From positions 248,001-312,000 of the forward strand of contig NIVC01000012.1 of assembly GCA_002269645.1 (NCBI GenBank): DNA of 64,000 nucleotides, written 5' to 3'. The position numbers and the translations under genes are program-made. Each line of letters starts with the position of its first letter. Within the stretch, counting starts at the first letter, position 1. Source of the stretch: Macrostomum lignano (lineage: Eukaryota). The notes below the pieces were generated by a model that saw only the letters and a program-made list of their open reading frames with translations, was not told the origin of the DNA and ran no database searches. Below are positions 28,310-38,573 of this stretch, one piece after another.

Positions 28310-28765
28310 TAAAGAGCTGGAAAGAAAGAGAAGGAGGGAGAGAGAAGAGGAGAGAAGGAGAGGAAAGTGAGAGAGGAGAGAGGAGAGGAGAGAAGGAGAG
28401 GAAAGGGGGAGAGTGAGTGAAAGGGAGAAAGTGAGAAAGAGGGGGAGAGGTAGAGAGAGAGGCAGAGGGAGATAATGAGAGGAAGCTAGAGAGAGAATGG
28501 AGAGAGGTGGAGCACGGATGTGAGAGAGAATGGAGAAAGGTGGAGCAGGGATGTGAGAGAGAATGGAGAAAGGTGGAGCAGGGATGTGAGAGAGAATGGA
28601 GAGAGGTGGAGCAGGGATGTGAGAGAGAGAATGGAGAGAGGTGGAGCACGGATGTGAGAGAGAATGGAGAAAGGTGGAGCAGGGATGTGAGAGAGAATGG
28701 AGAGAGGTGGAGCAGGGATGTGAGAGAGAATGGAGAGATGTAGAGTAGGGGAGAGAATGGAGATC
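28310..28765. repeat. GA-rich tract plus ~34-36-bp tandem repeat (GAGAGAATGGAGAAAGGTGGAGCAGGGATGT)
   Basis: Direct reading. Confidence 0.88.
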
Positions 28766-28921
28766 TCACTTTGAGGTCAGTGGTCAGTTAACAGCAAAAC
28801 ATTATGGATGATTCGATCAAATTTCGGGTGTCATTAGCGGTTCGCAATTTCGCAATTTCCGCAATAATTTTCCACCCCGATAGAGTTAATTCTACTCATA
28901 TATATGCTCATGCACATGCAG

Positions 28922-29007
28922 CGGATGAAGGTGCCACTGACGGAGATGGAGCTGCTCAGAGTGACTCAACGCATCGATCCGAAGAAGACTGGAAAAATTA
29001 GTTATCA
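28922..29007 (+). CDS. LRRC74A: LRRC74-like exon, second EF-hand-like (RMKVPLTEMELLRVTQRIDPKKTGKISY)
   Basis: catgcag| acceptor and CA|GTAAGT donor (phase 2); DPKKTGKISY loop. Confidence 0.85.
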
Positions 29008-29207
29008 GTAAGTTTAATAAACGATTTATAGTCTGGTTGTGGGATTTGACTCAGGATTCGCTTTAGCCATGAGCTTTTCTTTCTCAGTTGGTTTTCCCTG
29101 GAGACCTTTCTCTTTTCTAATGGGATTTACCTGAGATTCTCTAAATGCTTAAGCAGTGATCCCCTGAGATCACAGTAGGATTTTTACATTTTTTTGAGTT
29201 TATCTGA

Positions 29208-29475
29208 TGTGTCAGCGGCCCAGGCTCGATTCCAAGTGCAGCCACATTAATTTGGGGCTGAATTGGAATCTTGGCTTGGCTCTGCTCGTGCAATTAGCGC
29301 CCAGCTTGAAGGCCAACCCCCCCAAGGCACAGTGAAGTGTACATGCCTAACGATAAATAAAGTTAGGGCCGCTGTACACTCCTGTGTGAGTGTGTGCCTG
29401 CTCAGGGGAGTCGGCGGAATGGGCAGCAATGCCTCTCGCCGGTTGTGTGACAATGTCGCTTAAAGTGCACCAGGG
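29208..29475 (+). mobile_element. tRNA-derived SINE family B, 5'-truncated copy
   Basis: Reverse-complement match to 30725-31017 and 32014-32330; B-box-like GGCTCGATTCC. Confidence 0.8.
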
Positions 29476-29698
29476 TGCACACAACCCCTGTATCTAGTTT
29501 GAAAAGGACTCCCTTGGGATTCCCCCATTATATTATGGAAATCCCTTGGGATTCTCTCGTTATTTAATTACGGGATTCCCCTGCGACTCCATGACTCTTT
29601 ATTGATGGAAATCCCACGAGATTCCGGAACTATTTTCGCTTGGGATTGTCCAACGTATTCCCCCAGAATAAAAACAACATTCAAATTTCCTCATCCAG

Positions 29699-30122
29699 AA
29701 TGCTGGCCAAAGGCCTGCGAAGTCTCCGGGTGCAGCTACGCGACGATGAGAAGAAGCGAGCCGCCCAGGAGCGACGCGAACAGGCCGACCAAAAGCGACT
29801 GCTCGACCAGGTCGGCGAGTTGAGCCTCGACGCCGCGTCGCAGGAGGCGGTCGCCGCGGCGAAACGCCGGCGCAGCATCGCGGCCCGAGCGCTGGACAAC
29901 AGCATGCGCAGCGGGTTCGCCCCAACTCCGCTGGGCATCACGGAGCGGATGTTCCGATCGCCGTCGCCACTGAGCGGCGGCTCGGTGGCTGCCTACTACT
30001 TCTCCAGCGACAGCCGACAGCAGCATCAGCAAGATCCTTCAACTAGGGACACTTCAAGGGCGGCTTCTCGACCGATCAGCCTGCCGCCAATCAGCGCCGG
30101 AGGAGCCACAGGCAAGTCGTAG
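29699..30122 (+). CDS. LRRC74A: LRRC74-like terminal exon (MLAKGLRSLRVQLRDDEKKR...GKS*)
   Basis: tcatccag|A acceptor (phase 2) matches the previous donor; coiled-coil-like segment, then low complexity; TAG at 30120. Confidence 0.8.
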
Positions 30123-30484
30123 TTTAGAGCGTCGACAACCGCCGGAGCTTCCGGGGCTGCCGCCGCCGCCGACGGCAACAGCTCGGCGAGGAGAAGGCGA
30201 AAGCGGCGAGGCACGGTTGGCGGAATTGTCGCCGTGGGAACGGCGGCTGATCGCGATGGCGAGGACGAACTTGATGCGGATTATAATAAAGATTATAAGG
30301 CACCAACTGCCGTTACCTTCACCGAGTAATTTCCAGAACTTTCGTTTCAGAAGGGTGTCAGTGAGGTGTAAAGGTTTAGTTATCAATACTTTTAACACCG
30401 GAAAAGTTACATGCAGCTTATTTTGCTGGATTCAATTGTGGGACAACACAATAACTAAGATACGAGTATCAAGTGCTTTTATTG

Positions 30485-30720
30485 GGTCATCGAAACTCAC
30501 GATTGAAAGGTCGCGGGTTCGATTCTCGACTCACTCTTTGAGCAAGACGCACTCAACTCTGCATTGTTTCAGATCACCAAGCTGTAACATGGGTGCCAGC
30601 ATTAGCTGGGGTAATTGAGGGTGTGTGGCGACCCCCCAGTCCTTGGACTGAACCGTACGCAGCCTTCCGATGCGCCGCGCAATAGCTGCGGCTGAGCTGT
30701 CGGTTGCAGTCATTATTATT
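30485..30720 (+). mobile_element. tRNA-derived SINE family A (CORE-like), 5'-truncated
   Basis: GGTTCGATTCTC B box, tgagcaagacgcactcaactctgcattg central domain and (ATT)n tail; paralogous to 31343-31610. Confidence 0.82.
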
Positions 30721-30724
30721 ATAA

Positions 30725-31017
30725 GGTCATTACTTCCCATTCCGCCGACTCCCCTGAGCAGGCACCCAAGCGCGCGGATACGTACGCAGTCATACGCACA
30801 GGCACACACTCACACAGGAGTGTACAGCAGCCCTAACTTTATTTTATCGTTAGGCATGTACACTTCACTGTGCCTTGGGGGTTGGCCTTCAAGCTGGGTG
30901 TTAATTGCACGAGCAGAGCCAAGCCGAGATTCCAATTTTAGTCCCCAAATTAATGTGACTGCACTGGGAATCGAGCCTGGGCCGCTGGCACACCAGAGTG
31001 CTGCACTAGACCACTAA
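30725..31017 (-). mobile_element. tRNA-derived SINE family B with intact head
   Basis: Minus strand begins TAGTGGTCTAGTGCAGCAC...GGCTCGATTCCCAGTGC (A/B-box-like); body shared with two other copies. Confidence 0.82.
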
Positions 31018-31342
31018 TTGGAATGCAATATTTGCAGCAAGCTATCTTTCGAAATTTTTATTTTTTTAACGTAATCTTTGCGCAACATGATTTTACCTCA
31101 AAAAAGTTTTCATTGTTGATTTTTTGCTAATTTTTAAACCCTGATTGTTTCCCTTAGCTAACAAAACTTTATTAGAATTACCACACCTGCGATAAATCAA
31201 TTCAATTTGAATAAAAAATAAGTTTTCAAATATACTTAGTCACGTAAAGCAGAGTAAAACAAGATTTTACTAACGTGCTCAAGCAGATCACATTGTCGGG
31301 ATTCGGGAAAATTCAGATGTAACAACTACTTGTAGATTTCGA

Positions 31343-31610
31343 GGTTGTAGCCCAGTGGTCAGAGCGTCGGACTCACGACTTGAAGGTCTGGGGTTCGATT
31401 CTCGACCCACTCAGAACAATTTGTGTCCTTGAGCAAGACACTTAACTCTGCATTGCTTCAGTTCACCCAGCTGTAAAATGGGTGCCAGCATTAGCTGCAC
31501 TGGGGTAATTGAGGGCGTGTGTGGCGACCCCCCAGTCCTTGGACTGAACAGCCGTACGCAGCCTTCAGATGCGCCGCGCAATAGCTGCGGCTGAGCTGTC
31601 GGTTGCACAC
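31343..31610 (+). mobile_element. tRNA-derived SINE family A (CORE-like), full head
   Basis: GGTTGTAGCCCAGTGGTCAGAGCG (A box) ... GGTTCGATTCTC (B box), then gtgtccttgagcaagacacttaac...cagtt...ctgtaaaatggg resembling the MIR/CORE domain. Confidence 0.85.
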
Positions 31611-32013
31611 CTGCTCATTAGGGCAGGTGTATTTAATTATTATTAAGAAACAAGTTCTAATTCGTAAGTCACAGAATTTCAGAATTCTTCTTTCTAGTAA
31701 ATTCAATATCGCATAATTAGGTAATTCCATTCAATTTTATGTTTGAAAAACCACCCAAACCCTCAAACTGAAATCAATAAATTTTGGAATGCTCTTCCTG
31801 CAAGCATTAGCTAATCCTGGCATCAAGGCATCCATCAATTTTACTTTTCTAGCAATGGGCTTTAAATACTATGGTAGAGACTTCTCAATGAACCCTGGTA
31901 CCTGGCAGAAAATGAAAATAGCGGAAAATAGCTTATTCTATTATAGCTATAGCCTCGTAGTACGTGCAGCCTGATTCTGTTGAGTCGTTTATTATATCTT
32001 GATTTCTTTTGTT

Positions 32014-32330
32014 CAGCGTAGACCAACCGCATACCGCAAAACCAGCTTACTGGCGCACTTTAAGCGACATTGTCACACAACCGCGGCGAGAGGCATTACT
32101 GCCCATTCCGCCGACTCCCCTGAGCAGGCACACAAGCGCGCGGATGCGTACGCAGTCATACGCACAGGCACACACTCACACAGGAGTGTAAAGCGGCCCT
32201 AACTTTATTTATCGTTAGGCATGTACACTTCACTGTGCCTTGGGGGGGTTGGCCCTCAAGCTGGGCGCTAATTGCACGAGCAGAGCCAAGCCGAGATTCC
32301 AATTCAGCCCCAAATTAATGTGACTGCTGT
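32014..32330 (-). mobile_element. tRNA-derived SINE family B, head missing
   Basis: Near-identical body to 30725-30965 and 29230-29470. Confidence 0.8.
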
Positions 32331-32767
32331 TGAGATATGAGTATAATTTGTCTTGGAAAAATGAAAAGAACTCAAAGTAGCTCGTACTATGTAGAAGTGT
32401 GCTATGCAGTATAACAGTTTTAATAGGCCTTGTGCAGACAGCTTAGACAACAGACAAAAATACAAGAAGAAACTAGATTTCAAACTAAAAAAATAATTAT
32501 AACTGGCTTTAAGAGAAAAAATCGACTTGCAAAAACATGAAGTGCCGCCATGATATAGTTCTTATGGTGTGGGAAAAAACCAGGAATAGTAAATAAAAAA
32601 TTCCCATATTATTTTTGGAATCATTTTGGCTCCGCAGGCACTCTATTGAAGAGGGTCACGTGTCCCCCCTTGCCCCCCGGTGGCGACGCCTCTGGATAAA
32701 AATCAGTGTGTGTATAATTAGAGTTCAAGCTCAGTATTTTCTCACATCTTCAATGCTTCAATATTGC

Positions 32768-33511
32768 TCAATGCACGCTGAACTTGACCCAGTCGGCGCT
32801 CGTCTCGATCTCGGCCTCCACCTGAGCGTCGGTGAACAGCAGCAGGCGGCAGGCTCTCAGCTTGCTGTTGTACAGCACGTGTCTGCAGTTGCCAGAGTTG
32901 AAAGCTGACATGACACAAGCCAGCTCGGAGTGAACATTGGTCAGGTCAGAGTAGCAGTACTCAGAGCTGGCATGGTAGCTGGTCCGCTTAAACGGAGTCA
33001 GTTTAAAATTCAGATGCGTCTGAGAAGCCCTCTGCTTCCACTCGCAAGCGAATCCAAGTGAGCGAGAACAAGGGTAGTTTCCGATTTTTCCATACGACAA
33101 ATGTATTACGCAGTTTTCGATGGTGCCTCCGTTTGGCCCAGTTGAAACACCCCACAGTGAGTCATTCAGCGGCATGATGCCATTGCCATTGACCATCTGC
33201 CAGCCCGATCTGCTCGAAGACCTCTCGTCAGCCAAGTCGGTCACTCCAAACCAGATGTGGCAGCTGCTGCAGGCGAAGCTCGGCATGCTGCTGAGCAGCT
33301 GCAGAGAGCTGTACGAGTTGAGCAGCTCGCCTCCGATCATGGCGCACTGCCGGTTGGCCTCGCACCAGCTGACTCTGTTCACCTTGTTCACGAAGATGCA
33401 CTTCCCGGCCTCAAGGCTGAACGGCGAGGGGCACAGCTGGGCCAGAGCTGACAGCAACAGGCAGTTAAGAACGCCTTGAAGAAGCAACAACATCAGTTCA
33501 AATGGCGACAT
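32768..33511 (-). CDS. Secreted C-type lectin domain + PAN/apple-like domain protein, intronless
   Basis: Signal peptide (MLLLLQGVLNCLLLSALAQ); CPSPF..GKC, W.EA..C, WFGVTD, GW, GPN...ENCV, YPC...FACE; C-terminal C..C..VLYN...C.L PAN-like pattern. Confidence 0.88.
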   Translation of the reverse strand: MSPFELMLLLLQGVLNCLLLSALAQLCPSPFSLEAGKCIFVNKVNRVSWCEANRQCAMIGGELLNSYSSLQLLSSMPSFACSSCHIWFGVTDLADERSSSRSGWQMVNGNGIMPLNDSLWGVSTGPNGGTIENCVIHLSYGKIGNYPCSRSLGFACEWKQRASQTHLNFKLTPFKRTSYHASSEYCYSDLTNVHSELACVMSAFNSGNCRHVLYNSKLRACRLLLFTDAQVEAEIETSADWVKFSVH

Positions 33512-34074
33512 GATATATTGACAGACTTTCTTCAGCTTTCTATAGGTGTTGCAGGTCAAGGATTGAAGTTAGCAAGTTTGAGACCATAGCAATCCATTTT
33601 ATACATTATAAAGGTTTCGAGTTGCGTGTTGCTTCCAATTGGTTAAAATACAGCATGAAGGACTGAGAGGCTTTACGCGTAAGGCCTTACCCCGTCTACA
33701 AAAAAGGTTTTCAGAATGTTTGACTGGCATGGCTCTGTGCTTAAATTCCCTGTTCCAAGGATGCTGGGAATATCCATGATGCAGTTGACAGCGCCTTGAA
33801 CTCTGCTAGGAAAACTTGCAGGTGGCTTTGACAGACTGGCTCAAGCATTTCTAAAGCAACTCAGATCATAAATATTGCTTATTTCGCTTTAGAAGCGATT
33901 GATTTTCTGACAAACTGACGACTTTTTTAAGAACACGATTCGGCTGCTGACTGACAATCTTTGTCTTGAGAATGCCTAGAAGCATACAGTAGTTGGGAAT
34001 TGGTAGAGTTGGCAGAAGTATGCTTTTAGCTTCTCAGCTACAACCTACATGCCCGCTGATATGCATGGTGTCAA

Positions 34075-34285
34075 TTGGCATCAAATGACAGCAGCGCGCA
34101 TACCGTTTGACACTTGTCCATTTGACACTCCACTCGGCACTCCCTTTGACTCCATTTGGTACCCCATTTGACACTCAATTTAGTACCCCATTTGCCAACC
34201 GTTTGACACTCCATTTGACACCCCGTTTGACACTCAATTTGGCACTCCATTTGACACCTCATTTGACACCCCGACTGACACGGTC
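34075..34285. repeat. ~13-bp degenerate tandem repeat (ATTTGACACTCC-like)
   Basis: Direct reading. Confidence 0.75.
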
Positions 34286-34574
34286 ACAATGAAAAGGAAC
34301 TGATAAAGCAGCACTACCAGTGGATAACCAACATGTCATATACATTTAGTTCGGGTCAGGTGGAGCCCAGAGCTATTGGTAAATCAATTGCAACACTTAT
34401 AAACAGTACTCGTAACCGATTTTGTGTGAAGAGGGAGATATATATATATATATTGTCTAATCAAGTAGATGTTGATAATAACCAAAATGTGCGTATTACC
34501 TTAAAAAACCTTTTTAATCAAAAAAGCATACGTTGCGAAGAAAAAAGGTGCAAATAGACTGTGTGGCTATGGAT

Positions 34575-34915
34575 TGATTCTCAGGATTGATTTAAAGGCG
34601 ATTTTTAGGTAAATGGGCTGTTCTCATGATAGATTGGGGGCGATTCTCAGGTAGACAAATGAGCAATTCTCAAAGGTAGATTGGGGTGATTCTCCGGGTA
34701 GATTGGAGTGATTCTCAGGGTATATTGGGGCGATTTTCCGGGTAGATTAGGGTGATTCTCAGGCTAGATTGGGATGATTCTCAGGGTAGATTGGGGTGAT
34801 TCTCCCGGTAGATTGGCGCGATTCTCATGGTAGATTTGGGCGTTTGTCAGGGTAGATTGGGGCGATTCTCAGGTAGTCAAATGAGCGATTCTCCGAGTAA
34901 ATTAGGGGCGATTTT
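34575..34915. repeat. ~20-bp tandem repeat (GGGTAGATTGGGGCGATTCTC-like)
   Basis: Direct reading. Confidence 0.85.
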
Positions 34916-35154
34916 AAGAACTATTAAAAAACGATTTAATAAAGTGGATAGAGAGGAAAGTACACTTATTTTAGAAGCATATATACGAATAGATCGACAA
35001 AAGCTATCAAACAGGAAACTAATAAAACTACAATGATAAGTTAGTTTATCATTTAAAAAAAGAAACAGAATCTCTTGATCAATGTCTTGTCAGCGAGGAA
35101 ACATTAAAGGACGAACAGAAGCACAAAAACTAGAAGCACCGAGTTTGCACCAGT

Positions 35155-35416
35155 TCAAACCCGCTGCTTAATAACCATGGTGATAAGTTTGGGTTTCGAA
35201 CCCAGCTGCGGTGGATCGCAATCTTCATCGGCCTCTAAAACTCTTAGCTGCAGTCGCTTCTTAGCTGGCGTTGGCCTCCTGCGGCACAGGTGCAGCAGGA
35301 ACTGCAGTTGGCTCTCGGCCGATGCCACTTCAGCTTCCAGACGTTGATTGTTGGCAACCAGTTGCGAGTGTCGGGACTTGGCCAGCGAGTTGGATTGGCG
35401 CTGCTTTGCTCTGTAT
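35155..35416 (-). CDS. ATF4: ATF4/ATF5-like bZIP exon 2 (RYRAKQRQSNSLAKSRHSQLVANNQRLEAEVASAESQLQFLLHL...)
   Basis: Acceptor gccctcag|A (phase 2) completes CG from exon 1, giving NREAAYRYRAKQR plus heptad leucines; stop TGA 35157-35155. Not in the ORF track. Confidence 0.8.
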
Positions 35417-35524
35417 CTGAGGGCGGGGGCGAGGCTTGGCGTTGTGTGTGCGACTGTTGGGGCATGTGGACTTAGAGCAGAGATAGAAGGGATAGAGCAG
35501 AGAGGAGTTCACAGAGGAAGAGAT

Positions 35525-35810
35525 CAGGGGGGGGGTTAAAGAGGGGGAGTCAGAGAGGGGAGCGTCAGTGAGGGGGAGGTCGGAGAGCCGATTAGAGAGG
35601 GGGGACGTCAGGGAGGGGGAGGTCCGAGAGGGGATGTCAGAGAGGGGGGAGGGCCGGGAGGGAGCGATCAGAGAGGGGGAGGTCCGGGAGGGAGTGATCA
35701 GAGAGGGGGAGGTCAGAGAGGGGATGTTAGAGAAGGGGAGGGCCGGGAGGGAGCGATCAGAGAGGGGGAGGTCCGAGAGGTCAGAGAGGGGATCCGAGAG
35801 AGGGAGTCAG
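35525..35810. repeat. G/A-rich ~20-bp tandem repeat in the bZIP intron
   Basis: gagagggggaggtccgggagggag-type units. Confidence 0.8.
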
Positions 35811-35832
35811 TGGGCATCAGTTAGCAACCAAC

Positions 35833-36431
35833 CGATAGGCAGCCTCTCGATTAGCCTCGCTTTTAGTCTTCATATTAGAAGATTTCGACTTCCTGCCGAA
35901 ACCGCCGCCTTTGCCTCTGCCTCTGCGAGGCAGCACCTGCGGCGGTGGCGTCTGATCGACAGACGACGTCAATGACGATGACATCACCAAATCTTCATCT
36001 GCGTCGTCATCATCAACATCGTCGAAAACCGGTCGATCCGGCGGCATCAACTCATCGACATCAAAGTCGACACCGTCCAAGTCGAGAAGACAGTCGCGAA
36101 CAGTCGAAGCACCCGCGGTATCTGCCGAGTCTGGCGTAAGAAATGGAAAAATACTATCCATCTCGGCGTCATTAGCAACGGCACTGTTGCTAGGGAAGCC
36201 GTCAAGCAGCACCGATGACACTTCATCATCATCATCGTCCGTACGATGGGAGGCTGGGCCGGACTTAGGCAACAGCGAATCAGTTAGCCAAACTGATGCG
36301 GATGACAGGAGCAGCTCAACGTCTTGCTCAGCGTGACGAGCATCCTGACAGAGACTAAGATATGAAGAGAAATCTCCACCACTGGCATCCGTCATTGGCG
36401 GAGTCACCATTGAAGCCATGTTGGCAGTCAT
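35833..36431 (-). CDS. ATF4: ATF4/ATF5-like bZIP exon 1 (acidic activation-like region + basic region KTKSEANREAAYR)
   Basis: Asp-rich N-terminus and N-x7-R basic motif when spliced at CG|GTTGGT; similar to ATF4 QNKTAATRYRQKKR...L..N..L...L.YLK.L. Confidence 0.8.
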
Positions 36432-36531
36432 GCTTGCAGAAGTGATTATGCTTGGTAGTAGTAGTAGTATTAGTAGCAGTAGTCTTATTGTACTTTGAGC
36501 ACTGAGTTGACTGGCAGGTAAAGGTAGCCAT
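36355..36531 (-). promoter_or_regulatory. uORF2 (58 aa) overlapping the ATF4-like start out of frame
   Basis: gccaacATGg strong Kozak context, 100 nt upstream of the main ATG; open to TAG at 36357-36355; 77-nt overlap. Confidence 0.7.
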
Positions 36532-36605
36532 GTTGGCGTCTGTGTTGGGTTTTCGTTGCGTTTCTTGACTGTCTGGCCTTACGGGGCGCAGCGGTGTAGC
36601 TGGTG

Positions 36606-36635
36606 CTACTGGCGATTCATCTCTGCTGACGGCAT
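36606..36635 (-). promoter_or_regulatory. uORF1 (MNRQ* from 36620, or MPSAEMNRQ* from 36635)
   Basis: ATG AAT CGC CAG TAG; 74 nt from its stop to uORF2, with no intervening ATG. Confidence 0.6.
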
Positions 36636-36687
36636 CCGAGGAATTATGGATGTATATTAGTAGTATGTGATTTAATTGTTGACGCTT

Positions 36688-36789
36688 TCTGTCTGTCTGT
36701 CAGTCTTAGTGCCTCTCTGTCTGTCTGTCAGTCTTAGTGCCTGTCTGTCTGCCTGTCTTAGTGTCTGTCTGTCTGTCTGTCTGTCTTAG

Positions 36790-36846
<57 letters not shown>

Positions 36847-37049
36847 TAGTGTCGGTCTGTCTGTCTGTCTGTCTGTCTTAGTGTCTGTCTGTCTGTCTGT
36901 CTTAGTGTCGGTCTGTCTGTCTGTCTGTCTGCCTTTCCTAGTGTATGTCGGTCTGTCTGTCTGTCAGCCTGTCTGTCTGTCAGCCTGTCTGTCTGTCTGT
37001 CTTAGTGTCTGTCTGCCTGTCTTAGTGTCTGTCTGTCTGTCTGTCTTAG

Positions 37050-37110
<61 letters not shown>

Positions 37111-37422
37111 TAGTGTTGGTCTGTCTGTCTGTCTGTCTGCCTTTCCTAGTGTATGTCGGTCTGTCTGTCTGTCAGCCTGTCTGTCTGTCAGCCTGTCTTA
37201 GTGTCTGTCTGCCTGTCTTAGTGTCTGTCTGTCTGTCTGTCTTAGTGTCTGTCTGCCTGTCTTAGTGTCTGTCTGTCTGTCTGTCTGTCTTAGTGTCTGT
37301 CTGTCTGTCTGTCTGCCTGTCTGTCTGTCTGTCAGTCTTTGTGCCTGTCTGTCTTAGTCTCTGTCTGTCTGCCTGTCCTAGTGTATGTCGGTCTGTCTGT
37401 CTGTCAGCCTGTCTGTCTGTCA
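36688..37422. repeat. (GTCT)n microsatellite interrupted by CTTAGT
   Basis: Direct reading. Confidence 0.93.
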
Positions 37423-38154
37423 GCCATTAAACAGTTGCAAATACATGAACTTAACAACGTCTCTAATATTTTATATCACTTAATGACAATCAATCTAAAT
37501 CCTAGCACAAAGGTAAATGTAAAAATAAAAAATCCAACATTTACGAGCGTATAAATGTAAAAAATCAATAATCAGAGATACATGTACTGCTTTAGACGAT
37601 GAGCACTATTGCATAATGATTTATTGAATCAGAACTCAGGATTACGAGTATTCCTAGCACAGCCTGTAGACTGTAAAATTATGCAAATTAGAGCCTGACT
37701 ACTGTAAGTATACAGGATGATGCGAACTGAACAAAATGAAGCAGCAATTTGCTATTTGCAATTTTTTAGTGTCCATCAATCTGTAGATATGTGTGATAAG
37801 AGCTATGCAATTTTTTATACCCGGGTGCTATTAAACAACCAAACTTGATAGTTTTTTTCTCACAGTACTATGATTGAATTAATCCGGATTAAATTTGCTT
37901 AAGATAGGACTTAACGAGCTTTCCTATAAATTAGCATCTATACTTTAATCACATTTGTTTTGTTGAGCGCTACTGTCTATGGCAGAAACCAAGAAATCTT
38001 AACGTGTTGTCGCAAAATAACTGCTAATGGCAATATAACGTTTTCTATGTGTTTTTATGTTTCCAAGTTCTACGATAATTAGGAAGCATTTTAGGAAGGT
38101 GCTTTGATTGTAGTTAACACGAAGGAAATTGTCCTGTGAATGTTGAATGGTTGA

Positions 38155-38435
38155 GTCAGCCTGTCTGTCTGTCTGTGTATCCGTCTATCTGAGTGTCAGC
38201 CAGTCAGTCAGTCCGTCTATCTGTCGGTCTGTCTGCCTGTCTGCCTGCCTTTCTGTCAGCCTGTCTGTGTCTGTCTGCCTGTCTGTCTGCCTGCCTGTCT
38301 GTCTGCCTGCCTATCTGTCTGCCTGTCTGCCTGCCTGCCTGTCTGTCTGCCTGTCTGTCTGTCTTCCTGTCTGTCTTCCTGCCTGCCTGTCTGCCTGTCT
38401 GCCCGCCTTTCTGTCTGCCTGTCTAAGTGTCTGTT
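38155..38435. repeat. Degenerate (GTCT/GCCT)n microsatellite
   Basis: Direct reading. Confidence 0.85.
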
Positions 38436-38573
38436 TGTTAATTAGACAAAAATGGCATTCAACCGACACTGTCTACTTCGTTATCTAATTCAATAGCCAG
38501 CCTTTTTACATAGAAGTTTACATAACCATCGCTTTTAAATTAGGAATTGTTTTAAATCATCAACTTCAATAGA

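Noticed and set aside
30217-30618. 133-aa + strand ORF downstream of the LRR gene
   Set aside because: It runs from GC-rich sequence into AT-rich DNA and a SINE, with no homology or coding character.
31343-31415. tRNA gene (Val-like CAC loop)
   Set aside because: A/B boxes are present but the acceptor stem does not close, and the sequence continues into a SINE body found in three copies.
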